Source of the DNA: Babesia bigemina
Taxonomy: Eukaryota
Reading direction: 5' to 3'
Length of the DNA: 64,000 nt
NCBI RefSeq assembly: GCF_000981445.1
Contig: NC_027220.1
Location: 248,001 to 312,000 of the forward strand
Shown here: in pieces, positions 49,754 to 60,775 of the stretch
Layout of the letters: each line of letters opens with the position of its first letter
Numbering within the stretch: the first letter of the stretch is position 1
Made by a program: the position numbers and the translations under genes
The notes under the pieces: model-generated
Databases searched by the model: none
What the model saw: only the letters and a program-made list of their open reading frames with translations
What the model was told of the DNA's origin: nothing

Positions 49754-51324
49754 TCATTTCACTATTCGTGCTTGCGCTTGGTCAGATGTCTGTTTTTTTT
49801 GTCTATGTAATGGATATGTGAAACACATCGCAATATAACAAACAACGTTGAGTACTGTGCCTGCCAAAATAATGTACATCATTGACTTTCTCAGGGCTTC
49901 AGCATTTCTCTCCTTAATATCAGTGGCCATGGTTTCAAACGATTCCCTAGAAGGAACGTAGCCGAAAACCTTTTCGGTCAAATATGCAGAAATCTGGTAC
50001 AGAATTATACTGCTTGAGATGCCGGATATTGTTCTAATTATGGCAGCTGCAGTAGCCTGGTTGTCATTATCTATTACATCCTTCATAATAGCCCTATCTA
50101 CACCGCCAACTGTTACTAATGTACCTCCGAGCGTTGCTAACTCAACATAATGATACCAGAGCAGCTTACCTCTTGGCGCCTTTCCTAAGAAGAATAGTAG
50201 ACACACAACCAGTCGTACAACCATTACTGCAAGCCCAGAACCAAGTTCCGCATAATTAGCATTAACCTTCGTAATTGCATTTATAATTTCACCCCCCGCT
50301 CCACTTCCAGCTGCGCCACCTATCAGTGTAACTGCAATCGCTACGCCTGCCATAGTGTCAGACACTCCCAAATATTGGAGATATATGGTCATATAATTAA
50401 ACGCGCACATTGGGGCTTCTGCGATGAAAATTGTAAATATGGAAATCGCTGCTGTTGGATTCGTAAATACTTCCTGAAAGGCCTTAGGTATGCGCTCCAT
50501 GAAACTGTCATTTTGTGTATTATCCTTGTTTTTATTACACGATGTGTCTAAAACCAAGCCAAATAAAATGGCTATACCGAACAGTATCCACACGTATCCC
50601 AAAACAACGTAGGAAGTACGCCAACCATAATATCCCAACAATACTTTGCGTGCAATGAGCGTAGTTATGACTGCGCTTATTAATCGTCCAACGCAATTTA
50701 GAGCCTGAAGAGCCGTGAACTTCTTGCTGGCTTCCTTTGATTCTTTTTTCTTATCTGACTTCTCTGATTCAGTACCGAGCTCTTGCTGGCTGCTTCCCAG
50801 CGTTCTACTACCGCTATGCGAACCCGCACTTGGCTTGCTTTGTTTGGCTTGCTCTTCTGCTTCCTTCGAGTCAGTTGAATCGGAAACGATCTTTTGTTGC
50901 ACCGGGTATACGCAGGCGAATCCGAATCCGTGCAAGAATCGCAAGAACACAATCTGCGGGAGGATATATAGTAATAAGGACAACTCACCACTTTGTAGTG
51001 CGATGCAGAACTAAGCAAAATAGAAGCCGCGCCCATCACTAACAGTCCGCCACCAAGCACAAATTTCGAAGCATACTTATCCGCGAGCAACCCCCAGATT
51101 ATGCAACAACCCATGCGTGACATAGTAGACACGGTTGCCAGAGTAGACAACTGAGACTGCGAAAATCCCAACGTTAACTCGAAGGCCCTCATACACATGG
51201 ACAACACCTGTTGGTCATAGCCTTCGATGAAAGAGACCAAATAGTACAGTGCTTCTGCCAACGGGCCATATGTGCCTATTTTAGTCTTAGGTTGATTCGC
51301 AGTTGCAGGCAGAGATTCAGCCAT
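49754..51324 (-). CDS. Spinster-like MFS transporter, tandem copy 1
   Basis: EGYDQQVL, WGLLADKY, GWR motifs; about 12 TM; 35-nt intron 50954-50988. Confidence 0.88.
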
Positions 51325-52452
51325 TTTGATGTACCACAATGTCGTTAGTCTTGTCCAACCGATTGTATAATCTAATTATAGCGATATATCATAATAAATG
51401 TATAAAAGGGGAACATCACCACTACCTATAGTGTATGTTACAACATAGCATAGCATCCCTCACGATCAATTCACCCGGAATGACCCTATGTAAAATAGCT
51501 CACATGTGAACAATAATACACGTTCTATAAGCGACTAAGACATTCATCTATAATTCATTTACCCCAGAAGAATGGAGTTGCTGATATAGCGAAAAAGTTG
51601 TCCAACTGCCGCAAAAAATGTTTTCATAATGGATGACTAAAATGTGATCAACTATATTTATTAAAAAGAATCATCCAGAATTTGCGCAAACCGTTCGATC
51701 CATCGCTTCCTGCCTGCCTTCGAGACCTTAATGTCACTACTGATGTACGTCGCTGTGCCCACGAACTTTTCATCCCCTTAAATTACCGCCTTTCTTAAAC
51801 TCACATTTGCGTGTGGAAGATTGGTGTCAACACATCCATGAGCAACTACGATAGCTAGGCTTGTAGAGATGCTCGATATGGCGCTTGCGTGATGAAATCA
51901 ACGGCCTCACGCTTTACCGATTCCGTAATCAGCTGTTGAGAAGTCATGCTTTTCCCCTGGTGATTGCTGGTAGACGTATTTGATGCCACGTAGGAGGCTA
52001 AGTAACTTCACATGTACATTGCCGTTGTATAAGGTGTGCTTACGCAGCAGTGATTTTTACAGCCACAATTGTACTTATATACGCTGCTATAGTTACCACG
52101 AAGCTTGCACCTTTCATTCTTCTGCTGCGATTAAACACAACATCCGACTGATTTTCATTCTTTTTTGATGCACTTAGAATAACCGATACTTTTGCGTCAA
52201 CAACACAGAGAAGTTGTACCCTCCATTAATACCAGGTGTCTTAAAGCTGCTTCAGAGATATTTACCAATCGAAACACCAACAGAAGCGTACGGATATGAA
52301 ATAGAACGGCGAGTTATACCAATTCATTGCACCTCTTTCAGCAACGATGCTGTACTAAAGGTCTCTAATGCTAAAAATGCACGTGATAATGAAGCTAGTT
52401 CAGGTACAAGCATCTATACATCAAACACTCATGTAACGTAAGATATTGACGA

Positions 52453-53956
52453 CTACTCAGTCTTAGTTTCCGAACTACCCTTCTCCTTATCATTAGTGTA
52501 CGTAAAAAACATCGCAACATAACAAATAACGTTGAGTACTGTGCCTGCCAAAATGATGTACATCATTGACTTTCTCAGCGCTTCAGCATTTCTCTCCTTA
52601 ATATCCGTAGCCATTGTTTCAAACGACTCCCTAGAGGGAACGTAGCCGAAAATCTTTTCTGTTAAATATGCTGACACCTGGAAGAGAATTACACTACTTG
52701 AAATGCCGGATATTGTTCGAACAATGGCAGATGCCGTACCTTGGTACTCATCTTTGATAACCTCTTTCATAACAGCCCTATCTACGCCACCAACCGTCAC
52801 TAATGTCCCACCCAGCGTTGCCAACTCTACATAATGATACCAAAGCAATTTCCCACATGGAGCCGGCCCCAAAAAGAATAATAGACATACAACAAGTCGG
52901 ACTACCATTACTGCAATTCCAGAACCGAGTTCAAAATGATCATATTTTTCTGACATTTTCTCTATAACTTCTCCCCCCGCTCCACTTCCCGCTGCACCAC
53001 CGATCAGTGTGACGGCAATTGCAACGCCTGCCATTGTGTCGGATACCCCCAAATATTGCAGATATATGGTCATGTAATTAAATGCACACATTGGAGCTTC
53101 CGCAATGAATAGTGTAAATATCGAAATCAATGCAGTCGGCTTCTTTTTAAAAACTTCCGAAAATGAATCCGCTATACGCTGCGCAAGTTTGCCATCTTGA
53201 GAATCACATTGTTGTACATTTTTACCCTTCTGTAGTATCATACCACATTCGATACCAATACCAAACAATATCCATACGTACCCCAATACAACGTAAGACG
53301 TGCGCCAACCATAATATCCCAATAAAACTTTGCGTGCAATAATCGTAGTTATTACCGCACACAGCAATCGTCCAATGCAGTTCAATGCTTGAAAATACGT
53401 GAATATACTATTAGACTTTTTTTTCCTTTTCCGTGTTTCTCCTGTTGAAGATTGAGACTCGGAAGGCTGTTGAGTTTGCTCAATCTCCGACTCCTTTTGT
53501 TCTGTTGACTCTGCAACAATCTTTTGTTGAACCGGGTAGACGCAAGCGAATCCAAAGCCGTGCAAGAAGCGCAGGAAAAGAATCTGAGCGGTCATTTTCT
53601 TGCCACCAATTGCAACTTACCACTTTGTAGTGTGAAGCGGAACTTAAAAAAATCGATGCTATACCCATCAATATTAAACCAGCACCAAGTACGTGATTGG
53701 AGTCATTTTCATCCGCGAGCAACCCCCAAATTATGCAGCAACCCATGCGGGACATGGTAGACACGGTCGCCAAAGTAGACAACTGAGACTGGGAAAATCC
53801 CAATGTTAACTCGAAAGCCCTCATACACATGGATAACACTTGCTGGTCGTAGCCTTCAAAGAATGATACCATAAAATACAGTGCTTTCGCCAGCACATTG
53901 TAGTCACCCTTTTTCGTTGATTTTTGTGTTGCGGGTTTTGCCACCGACGTTGTCAT
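52453..53956 (-). CDS. Spinster-like MFS transporter, tandem copy 2
   Basis: Paralog of copy 1 with the same intron position (53584-53620); WGLLADEND in place of WGLLADKYA. Confidence 0.88.
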
Positions 53957-55089
53957 TTTTGCCGCAATACTTAAATAGTGACCTATTCCAAATGAAGTCT
54001 TTATGAACGGTTACATGTAGCTCGTAACATATGCATCAGAAAAGGCACATCACGCTTATGCATCCTATACTACGAAATTCATCATATCATTAATTGCGAT
54101 CAAAACAAGTCATATGAAACCAGACAAAATTCATCTCATGTGCACGACCATACAAGCGCTCTCGGCTGCTGTACCGTCATATCCACAATTCATTCCACCC
54201 CAGAACAATAGATGCGGTCATGTAGAGAAAAGAGACCGTACAACATCAAACCTGTCTTTCATGATGAACAACTAAAATAACATCACGTATATTTTTAAAA
54301 ATATATGTGGAGGTTATATGGGCCGATGGACCCAACTCAGGCTGTATGCCTTGACGACCTCCGTCGCTGCTAATATACGTTACGGCACTCACCTTATTGT
54401 CATCTCATTAAATTACCACCTTTCGTAAACTCACGTTCGTTGGTGGAACCTTAGTTTCCAAACCTTCATGAGCAACTAATATAACTGTTTTTTGTAGAGA
54501 TAGACGATACAGCGATGGCGTGATGAACGCGACTTCCTTAAACTTTACCGACTCCCTATTCAACGGTTGCGAAGTCATGCGCTTGCATTGGTCATTCTAG
54601 AGATACTTTCTAATGTTCCTTAAGATGTTAAGCGCCTTTACATGCACAGTTTCGAAGATATGCTACCACATCAGCGATTTATACAGCCATGTTTGTAGTG
54701 ATAGAAGCTTTTATCGTTGCTTCAAAGCCTGTGCCTTCCATCGCTTTATTGTTAAGCAGCTCGGTTTGCAGCTGAGTTTCAACTTTGTTGTTCGTGTGTT
54801 TCGGCTAATGCATAACATTCAATCCATCACAAAAAACTCGCACAATTCCTTAAAGCAGCTACCCCTGCGTACGTGTTCCGCTATATTCACTTATAGCGAC
54901 ATCAACACATTCATACGGCAATGACGCCGTATGTCACCTTATGCTTTCACATTTTACCACGTCAAGCGCCTATGATGTATGAAAGGGTTGCAATACTCAA
55001 TTCACAAGCACCTCAGAGTCTTGTTAACCTACTAACCACAATGCAATGATAACTCATTTCCTTACTTGTGCTAATAGTTCTGCTACCGG

Positions 55090-56666
55090 TTATTGTTGTG
55101 CCCCCGTATTCTTCATTTTCTCTCTTTGTTTTGGATACGTAAAACACATCGCAACATAACAAAGAACATTGAGAATTGTGCCTGCCAGAATAATATACAT
55201 CATTGACTTCCTGAGAGCTTCGGCATTTCTCTCCTTAATATCCGTAGCCATTGTTTCAAAAGACTCTCTGGAGGGAACGTATCCGAACACCTTCTCGGTC
55301 AAATATGCACAAATCTGGTAGAGAATTACGCTACTAGAAATACCTGATATTGTTCGAATGATGGCAGATGCTGTTGCCTGATAGTCATTTTCTATTACAT
55401 CCTTCATAATAGCCCTATCGACGCCACCAACCGTCACTAATGTCCCACCCAGCGTTGCCAACTCTACATAATGATACCAAAGCAATTTCCCACATGGAGC
55501 CGGCCCCAAAAAGAATAATAGACATACAACAAGACGGACTACCATCACTGCGATACCAGAACTGAGTTCGCCATACTTTGGCTCTTTTTTGGCAATCGTC
55601 TCTATAATTTTCCCCCCAGCTCCACTTCCCGCTGCGCCTCCAATCAGTGTGACAGCAATCGCAACGCCTGCCATTGTGTCCGATACACCTAAATATTGCA
55701 GATATATGGTCATGTAATTAAATGCACACATTGGAGCTTCTGCGATGAATAGTGTAAATATGGATATAACTGCCGTTGGTTTCGTAAATACTTCCTGAAA
55801 GGCTCTGGATACACGCTGTAGAAAATCTTCCTTCTGTTGTGTAGTATCGCTGTTTCCACCACCACATTTATTCAATCTCATTCCAAATACAATGGCAACA
55901 CCAAACAATATCCATACGTATCCCAATACAACATAAGAAGTACGCCAACCATAATACCCCAATAATACTTTGCGCGCAATAATCGTAGTTATGACTGCGC
56001 ATATCAATCGGCCAATACAATTTAGAGACTGGAAAATTGTGAACTTCGTGCTAGCCGCTTTTGATTCCTTTTTCTTATCTTCTACTTCCTCCTTCTTGCT
56101 TTGATTTGGAGTTCCCTCAGATTTCTTGCCCTGGTTCTGTGCTCCTTCCGCTTTCTTGCCCTGGTTCTGTGCTCCCTCACCCTTCTTAGCTGCTTCCTCC
56201 GCTTCCTTTGAATCAGTTGAATCGGAAACGATCTTTTGTTGCACAGGATAAACACAAGCGAAGCCAAATCCGTGTAAGAAGCGCAGGAAAAGGATCTGAG
56301 GATGCATTAACAGTATACATTACAACGTACCACTTTATAGTGCGATGCAGAACTGAGGAAAATGGAAGCCATGCCCATCACTAACAGTCCGCCACCAAGC
56401 ACAAATTTCGAAGCATACTTATCCGCGAGCAACCCCCAGATTATGCAACAACCCATGCGTGACATAGTAGACACGGTTGCCAGAGTAGACAACTGAGACT
56501 GCGAAAATCCCAACGTTAACTCGAAGGCCCTCATACACATGGACAACACTTGTTGATCGTAACCTTCAATGAAAGAGACCAGGTAATACAGCGCTTCTGC
56601 CAACGGTCCATACGTACCTATCTTGGTCTTAGGTGTAGTCATTTGTGCAGGGGAAGCTTCAGCCAT
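55090..56666 (-). CDS. Spinster-like MFS transporter, tandem copy 3
   Basis: Paralog with the same intron position (56296-56330). Confidence 0.88.
56092..56181. repeat. 30-bp coding tandem repeat (~3 units) in MFS copy 3
   Basis: TTCTTGCCCTGGTTCTGTGCTCC occurs twice 30 bp apart plus a degenerate third unit; encodes EGAQNQGKKA-EGAQNQGKKS-EGTPNQSKKE. Confidence 0.85.
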
Positions 56667-57860
56667 TTTTGTGTGCTACAATGGCGGCTACCTTGTACAA
56701 ATGACGGTTTAATCTAATTATAGCGATATCTCCAGAGATGCATCAAAAAAGAAACATCAAGGTTGTCTATATTGCATGGTACAATACAACATAGGATTCC
56801 CTCGCGATCAAATCCCGTTGAATGAACCGACATAAAATAGTTCACATGTGCACAGTAATACGCGTTCTTCAAACAACGAAGCCATTCATCCATATTTCAT
56901 TTACCCCAGAATAATGGTCTTGCTCATATTGCGAAAAAGTTGTCCAACTGCCGCAAAAAATGTTTTGATAATGGATAAGTAAAATGTGATCAGACATATT
57001 TATAAAAAGTAGCATCGAACATCTATAAAAATCCTTCGATCTAATGCTACCTGTCTGCCTTCGAGACCTTAACGTCGCTACTGATGTACGAAGGGTACCC
57101 ACACAATTGTCATCCTAATATATTAGCACCATTCTTAAACTCACCTTAGCGTGGGAAACTCGATTTCAGCACCTCCATGTGCAGGTGGGATTGGTAGTTA
57201 GCTGATCACTGTCGATTACTAGCAGTTTTTAATAACGTTTTAGCTCATACGTGATAAACTGCCAGATTAGTGACGTGCGTATGGGCATCGGCAGGGTAAA
57301 TAGATGACCTGGAGACATTCATGCGCCTTTAATTCTCGTTTTACTGACACTATATAAGGGCATAAATGATGACAATCGTTGTGAACATGCAGATGACCGG
57401 TCAGCGTAACTTGGATGAGGTGAAGAAACATCGGAAGAGGAGGTATAACGACCTAGTGAAGAATATGAAGGGAATATGGTTTGACCAACAGACATGCTTC
57501 AAGCTGGTGCAGTATTTTTGATGAGTCGGGAAGGAGTCGTGACGCTGTAGGATTATAGCTGTAGCAGCGCATGAGACAATTTGGAAGCCAACATACGAGC
57601 CACAGCGTCTAGAAACCCTTTAAATGATGATAAAATGAATCTAATGATATCAGATAAGTACGCACTGTTGTGATGCATTAACTTCCACTTCTCAGTCTGT
57701 ATAACGTATAACGTAACCACAACGCATTGTATGAGGCGCACTATATTATTTTGCACAGAAGCATAAGGGCTCCCATGATGCGATTCTGTGATCATAAAGT
57801 TAATATTGCTTATCCCAAACATACCAAGGTTCGATATTTAACAGGCACATACATTAATCT

Positions 57861-58556
57861 CTAGTTTTTACTTAACCTAAAACTCAGATAAACGGGCCAC
57901 CCGAAGTGTTGGGCGGCGCAGTAGTACAACAACACGACAACGCTGATGCCTATGTTGTCGTGTTGGCGCATAATTCCCTCCGTTATGGGAAGTACAAGAC
58001 TCAGCAGTATCCGGTGTTGTTGCACGCGAACGTAATAAAGGGAGAAGTATGAGGCAATCCCCGCAGCGACTGTTCCATAGACCTGTAGACAATTGTCACG
58101 TTAATGAAACACAAATGTAGCGTACTCACATGTATTCACACCATCTTACTAACCGTCTTATTACCGCACCACTTCCTCGATTTAGTAGAAATGCCTACAA
58201 TGCAGGCAACCGGGTCTATGATGAACACCGGCAGAAGGACCCTGAGGGGCAGTCCAAACACAGCGAAAAGCAGGACAATCAGATTGTACCAGATGATACC
58301 AGCATCATCCTTGATGCCGAATCTAAGCGGCACGGTTTTGAATATGATTATTGATATCACCGCCACGGCAATTATGATTGCTTTGAGATGTGCACCCGGC
58401 ACGTTAATGTGTGCGAGGGTGATTCCGCAACCAATGTGTACCAATTTCCTGCAAATATTATGACGCCAAATCTCCATCTCACCTTGCCTGCAGAGGTGTA
58501 AGGAGATTGGTGACCGCGGTCAACAGGATTCCACCGATGACCGCAATCCTCCACAT
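57861..58556 (-). CDS. Minimal CTP-dependent polyprenol kinase (phytol/farnesol/dolichol kinase family; PolK-like), ~196 aa
   Basis: Introns 58449-58482 and 58083-58153 give ARKLVHIGCG...GIIWYNL...IDPVACIVG...NKTVYGT...E...HDNIGI, the RKxxH, DPxAxxVG, KTxxG and DN motifs of this family. Confidence 0.75.
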
Positions 58557-58637
58557 TGTCTACTACTTGTGTTACAATAGTCGGTGTTCCTTTTCGAAAA
58601 TGTCTGTCATTGGTTGGTTGCACAATATTTCCACCAA

Positions 58638-59093
58638 ATGACAGATGAATGGATATCTCAGACTAGAGCTAGCGAGCTTTACGGCCTGAGTGTGTCGGAG
58701 CTGCAGCGGAATGTGGCACACGTCATCGACAACTCCGGCACTGCCGGGCGCGACCCAGGTAATGCTGCACCTACAGTAAAACGTGGAAGCAACCCGATTG
58801 TGCCATTAACTGTGCGTTTGGTGAAGAATCCACGCGGTTATCACTTGCCGATGCGCTTGTATAAGACATCGGAGCTTGAGGCTTTGAGGGCGATAAAACG
58901 GGAACGGGAGCAAAATAGCGTCCCATCCGACAAGTGTGTGAAGAAAAAAGTTATTAAGCGCAGCCGGAAGAAACCGGCGCCACGGCCGGCTCCTCCCGTA
59001 TGCGACAGCAACGGACACACTTTCGTGCCCGAGAGCTCCGCCGTGCACAAGTGCTCGGTGTGCGGTCAGAGAGTCGAGTTGGAGGTTATTTAA
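58638..59093 (+). CDS. XPA/RAD14-like DNA-repair protein (C-terminal DNA-binding domain only), 151 aa
   Basis: WISQTRASELYGL...KNPRGYHLPMRLY matches the XPA_C pattern (LIT.TEAK..YLL...KNP....MKLY); C-terminus HTF...CSVCGQRVELEVI matches the XPA H.Y...C..CG....E.M terminus. Confidence 0.72.
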   Translation: MTDEWISQTRASELYGLSVSELQRNVAHVIDNSGTAGRDPGNAAPTVKRGSNPIVPLTVRLVKNPRGYHLPMRLYKTSELEALRAIKREREQNSVPSDKCVKKKVIKRSRKKPAPRPAPPVCDSNGHTFVPESSAVHKCSVCGQRVELEVI

Positions 59094-59099
59094 CGGTAT

Positions 59100-59911
59100 T
59101 CAAATTGGTATGTCGTCTGGTCCGACCGGAAGCGAAGCCAAGAACGCCTCCCAGTTGACCATGCGCAACAGCGGGGACCGATACCTGATGAACGCTAGTA
59201 TGTGGTTGATCGTGAGTTTCTCCTCCTCGTGGCTAAGTGCCATGAACACGGAGTCTGCAAATCTGATTGTAACAACCTTTTATACGGCACTCACCAACAG
59301 CCTCTTCTTCTAGCGGTTGCTCGGCTATGCTCTTCAGTGCTCGCCCCGAAATGGCAGCGGAACCGTCCTTTGCGTCCCCTACTCTCGGCGTGTCAATCGC
59401 CACTAGTCACAATCATTACATAATAACGTATCGCAACACCAACCGTTTCCGAGATACCCTTTGAGCTTAAACTTGTGACGCTGCCTCTCAGGCACCAGGA
59501 ACAGCGGCTGTCTGTTTGCAACGTAGTACGTTGGCCAGTCTAACTGCGCGGCTGCAAGCCGCTTAGAGAACTGCGACCGAGACAGGCTCTCGTCGTCGTG
59601 GTCGAAAATGGAGCGCCACTTGCATGGGCGGCGCGTGTCTACACCGGCGACGTGGCAGTTCGGTGTTTTGAGCACGCTGCCGATGGGCGACGGATCGGAC
59701 AACCGGCCAAAAATCTGCACCTATATGACCTCTACAACCCATTTCAAACCTTGGCGAGTTCTATGGCGTTAAATGCGAGGCTATCAAAGTGTTTTAGAAC
59801 TGCCGTTGGCCGGACGGCCGCAGCCGGCAGGAAGGCACCGGTACCCAGGCAGAATGTGGCCCAGAAGGTGGCAGCAGCAATCGTGCGACTATATGTGGCT
59901 AAAGGACGCAT
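59100..59911 (-). CDS. Four-exon protein of unknown function with signal-peptide-like leader (possibly apicoplast)
   Basis: ATG 59911; three short GT-AG introns (first 59715-59749) maintain one frame: MRPLATYSRTIAAATFWATFCLGTGAFLP...ELAKIFGRLSDP...KWRSIFD...MVNWEAFLASLPVGPDDIPI. Confidence 0.7.
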
Positions 59912-60060
59912 TTATCAGTGACCTAGCGGCCCAATCCGGGAGACGGTTACCGTAGCAACTGCCGCGCGCCTACCCCATAGCGCAGTAGATGGCCTGTTTA
60001 CGGCTCTCCGGGAGGCCAACCATTTAAAAGCGGCCTATTCCACGACTCGTCGCGGTATTA

Positions 60061-60086
60061 TATACACCTGCTACGAGTATCCCCAT
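60061..60086 (+). promoter_or_regulatory. Candidate core-promoter motifs (TACAC and TCCCCAT) upstream of RPL34
   Basis: TATACAC at 60061 and TCCCCAT at 60080-60086, ~70 bp before the ATG; similar motifs are described near piroplasm transcription starts, but motifs this short could be chance. Confidence 0.3.
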
Positions 60087-60152
60087 TTGTTGGCAGTGTG
60101 TCAGGGGAACGCCGAATCCCGCCTCATCGCGTATTACTAGATTATCGTAACA

Positions 60153-60693
60153 ATGGCACAGAGAGTGGTTTTGCGCCGTCGTTGCCGTTACAACACTAAA
60201 TCCAACAAGCAGCGCGTGGTCAAGACGCCCGGCGCCCGCTTGGTGGTTCAGCGCCGCACCAAGGTCGCGCAGGGCCCGAAGTGTGGCGACTGCAAGCGCA
60301 GGCTCGCCGGTATCGCCGCGCTCAGGCCTCACCTCTACCGCAACCTGAAGAAGCGCGAGCGCACTGTTTCGCGCGCCTACGGTGGCGTCCGCTGCCACGG
60401 ATGTGTCAAAGACAGGTCAGTTGCTCTCCGTGGCGTGTGCCCCCGCCTTATCTGCATCGCTGCACATCTCTCGCAGGATCATCCGTGCCTTCCTCAAGGA
60501 GGAACAGAGGGCTTTGAAGAAGGTCATTGAGGCTCGCGAGGCCACCAAAGCCACCGCCGCTGGAAAGGGCAAGGAGGAGAAGAAGGACGCCGCGAAGAAG
60601 TCCGCTAAGGCCCCCAAGGCCGAGGGTGCCAAGGAACCCAAGGAGTTCAGGGACTCCAAGGCGCCTAAGAGGAAGTCTGCTCCTAAAGCTTAA
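60153..60693 (+). CDS. RPL34: 60S ribosomal protein L34 (eL34) with Lys/Ala-rich C-terminal extension
   Basis: YNTKSNK...KTPG, KCGDC, VSRAYGG.RCHGCVKDR-IIRAFL.EEQ; intron 60416-60476. Confidence 0.97.
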
Positions 60694-60775
60694 ACCACTC
60701 TTTAATATGCTGTTGGGCGTGTCACCCTCATACAACGCTGCGAGGCCGTAGTTACAATGTGTTTTCATTGCGCCT

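Larger units (their letters stand above)
49400..57180. repeat. Tandem triplication of a ~2.7 kb unit (MFS gene plus flanks)
   Basis: Start codons at 51324, 53956 and 56666; intergenic blocks align (e.g. GCGAAAAAGTTGTCCAACTGCCGCAAAAAATGTTTT at ~51589 and ~56931; CATGAGCAACTA at ~51837 and ~54467). Boundaries are approximate. Confidence 0.85.

Noticed and set aside
3758..58556. Apparent lipid-metabolism cluster (flippase, App1-like, acyltransferase, spinster-like MFS, prenol kinase)
   Set aside because: Not contiguous, and no shared regulatory element was visible.
14118..59093. Apparent DNA-repair cluster (p44, ligase I, ELF1, Psf3, UBC9, XPA-like)
   Set aside because: Spread over 45 kb among unrelated genes in a compact genome; compatible with chance.
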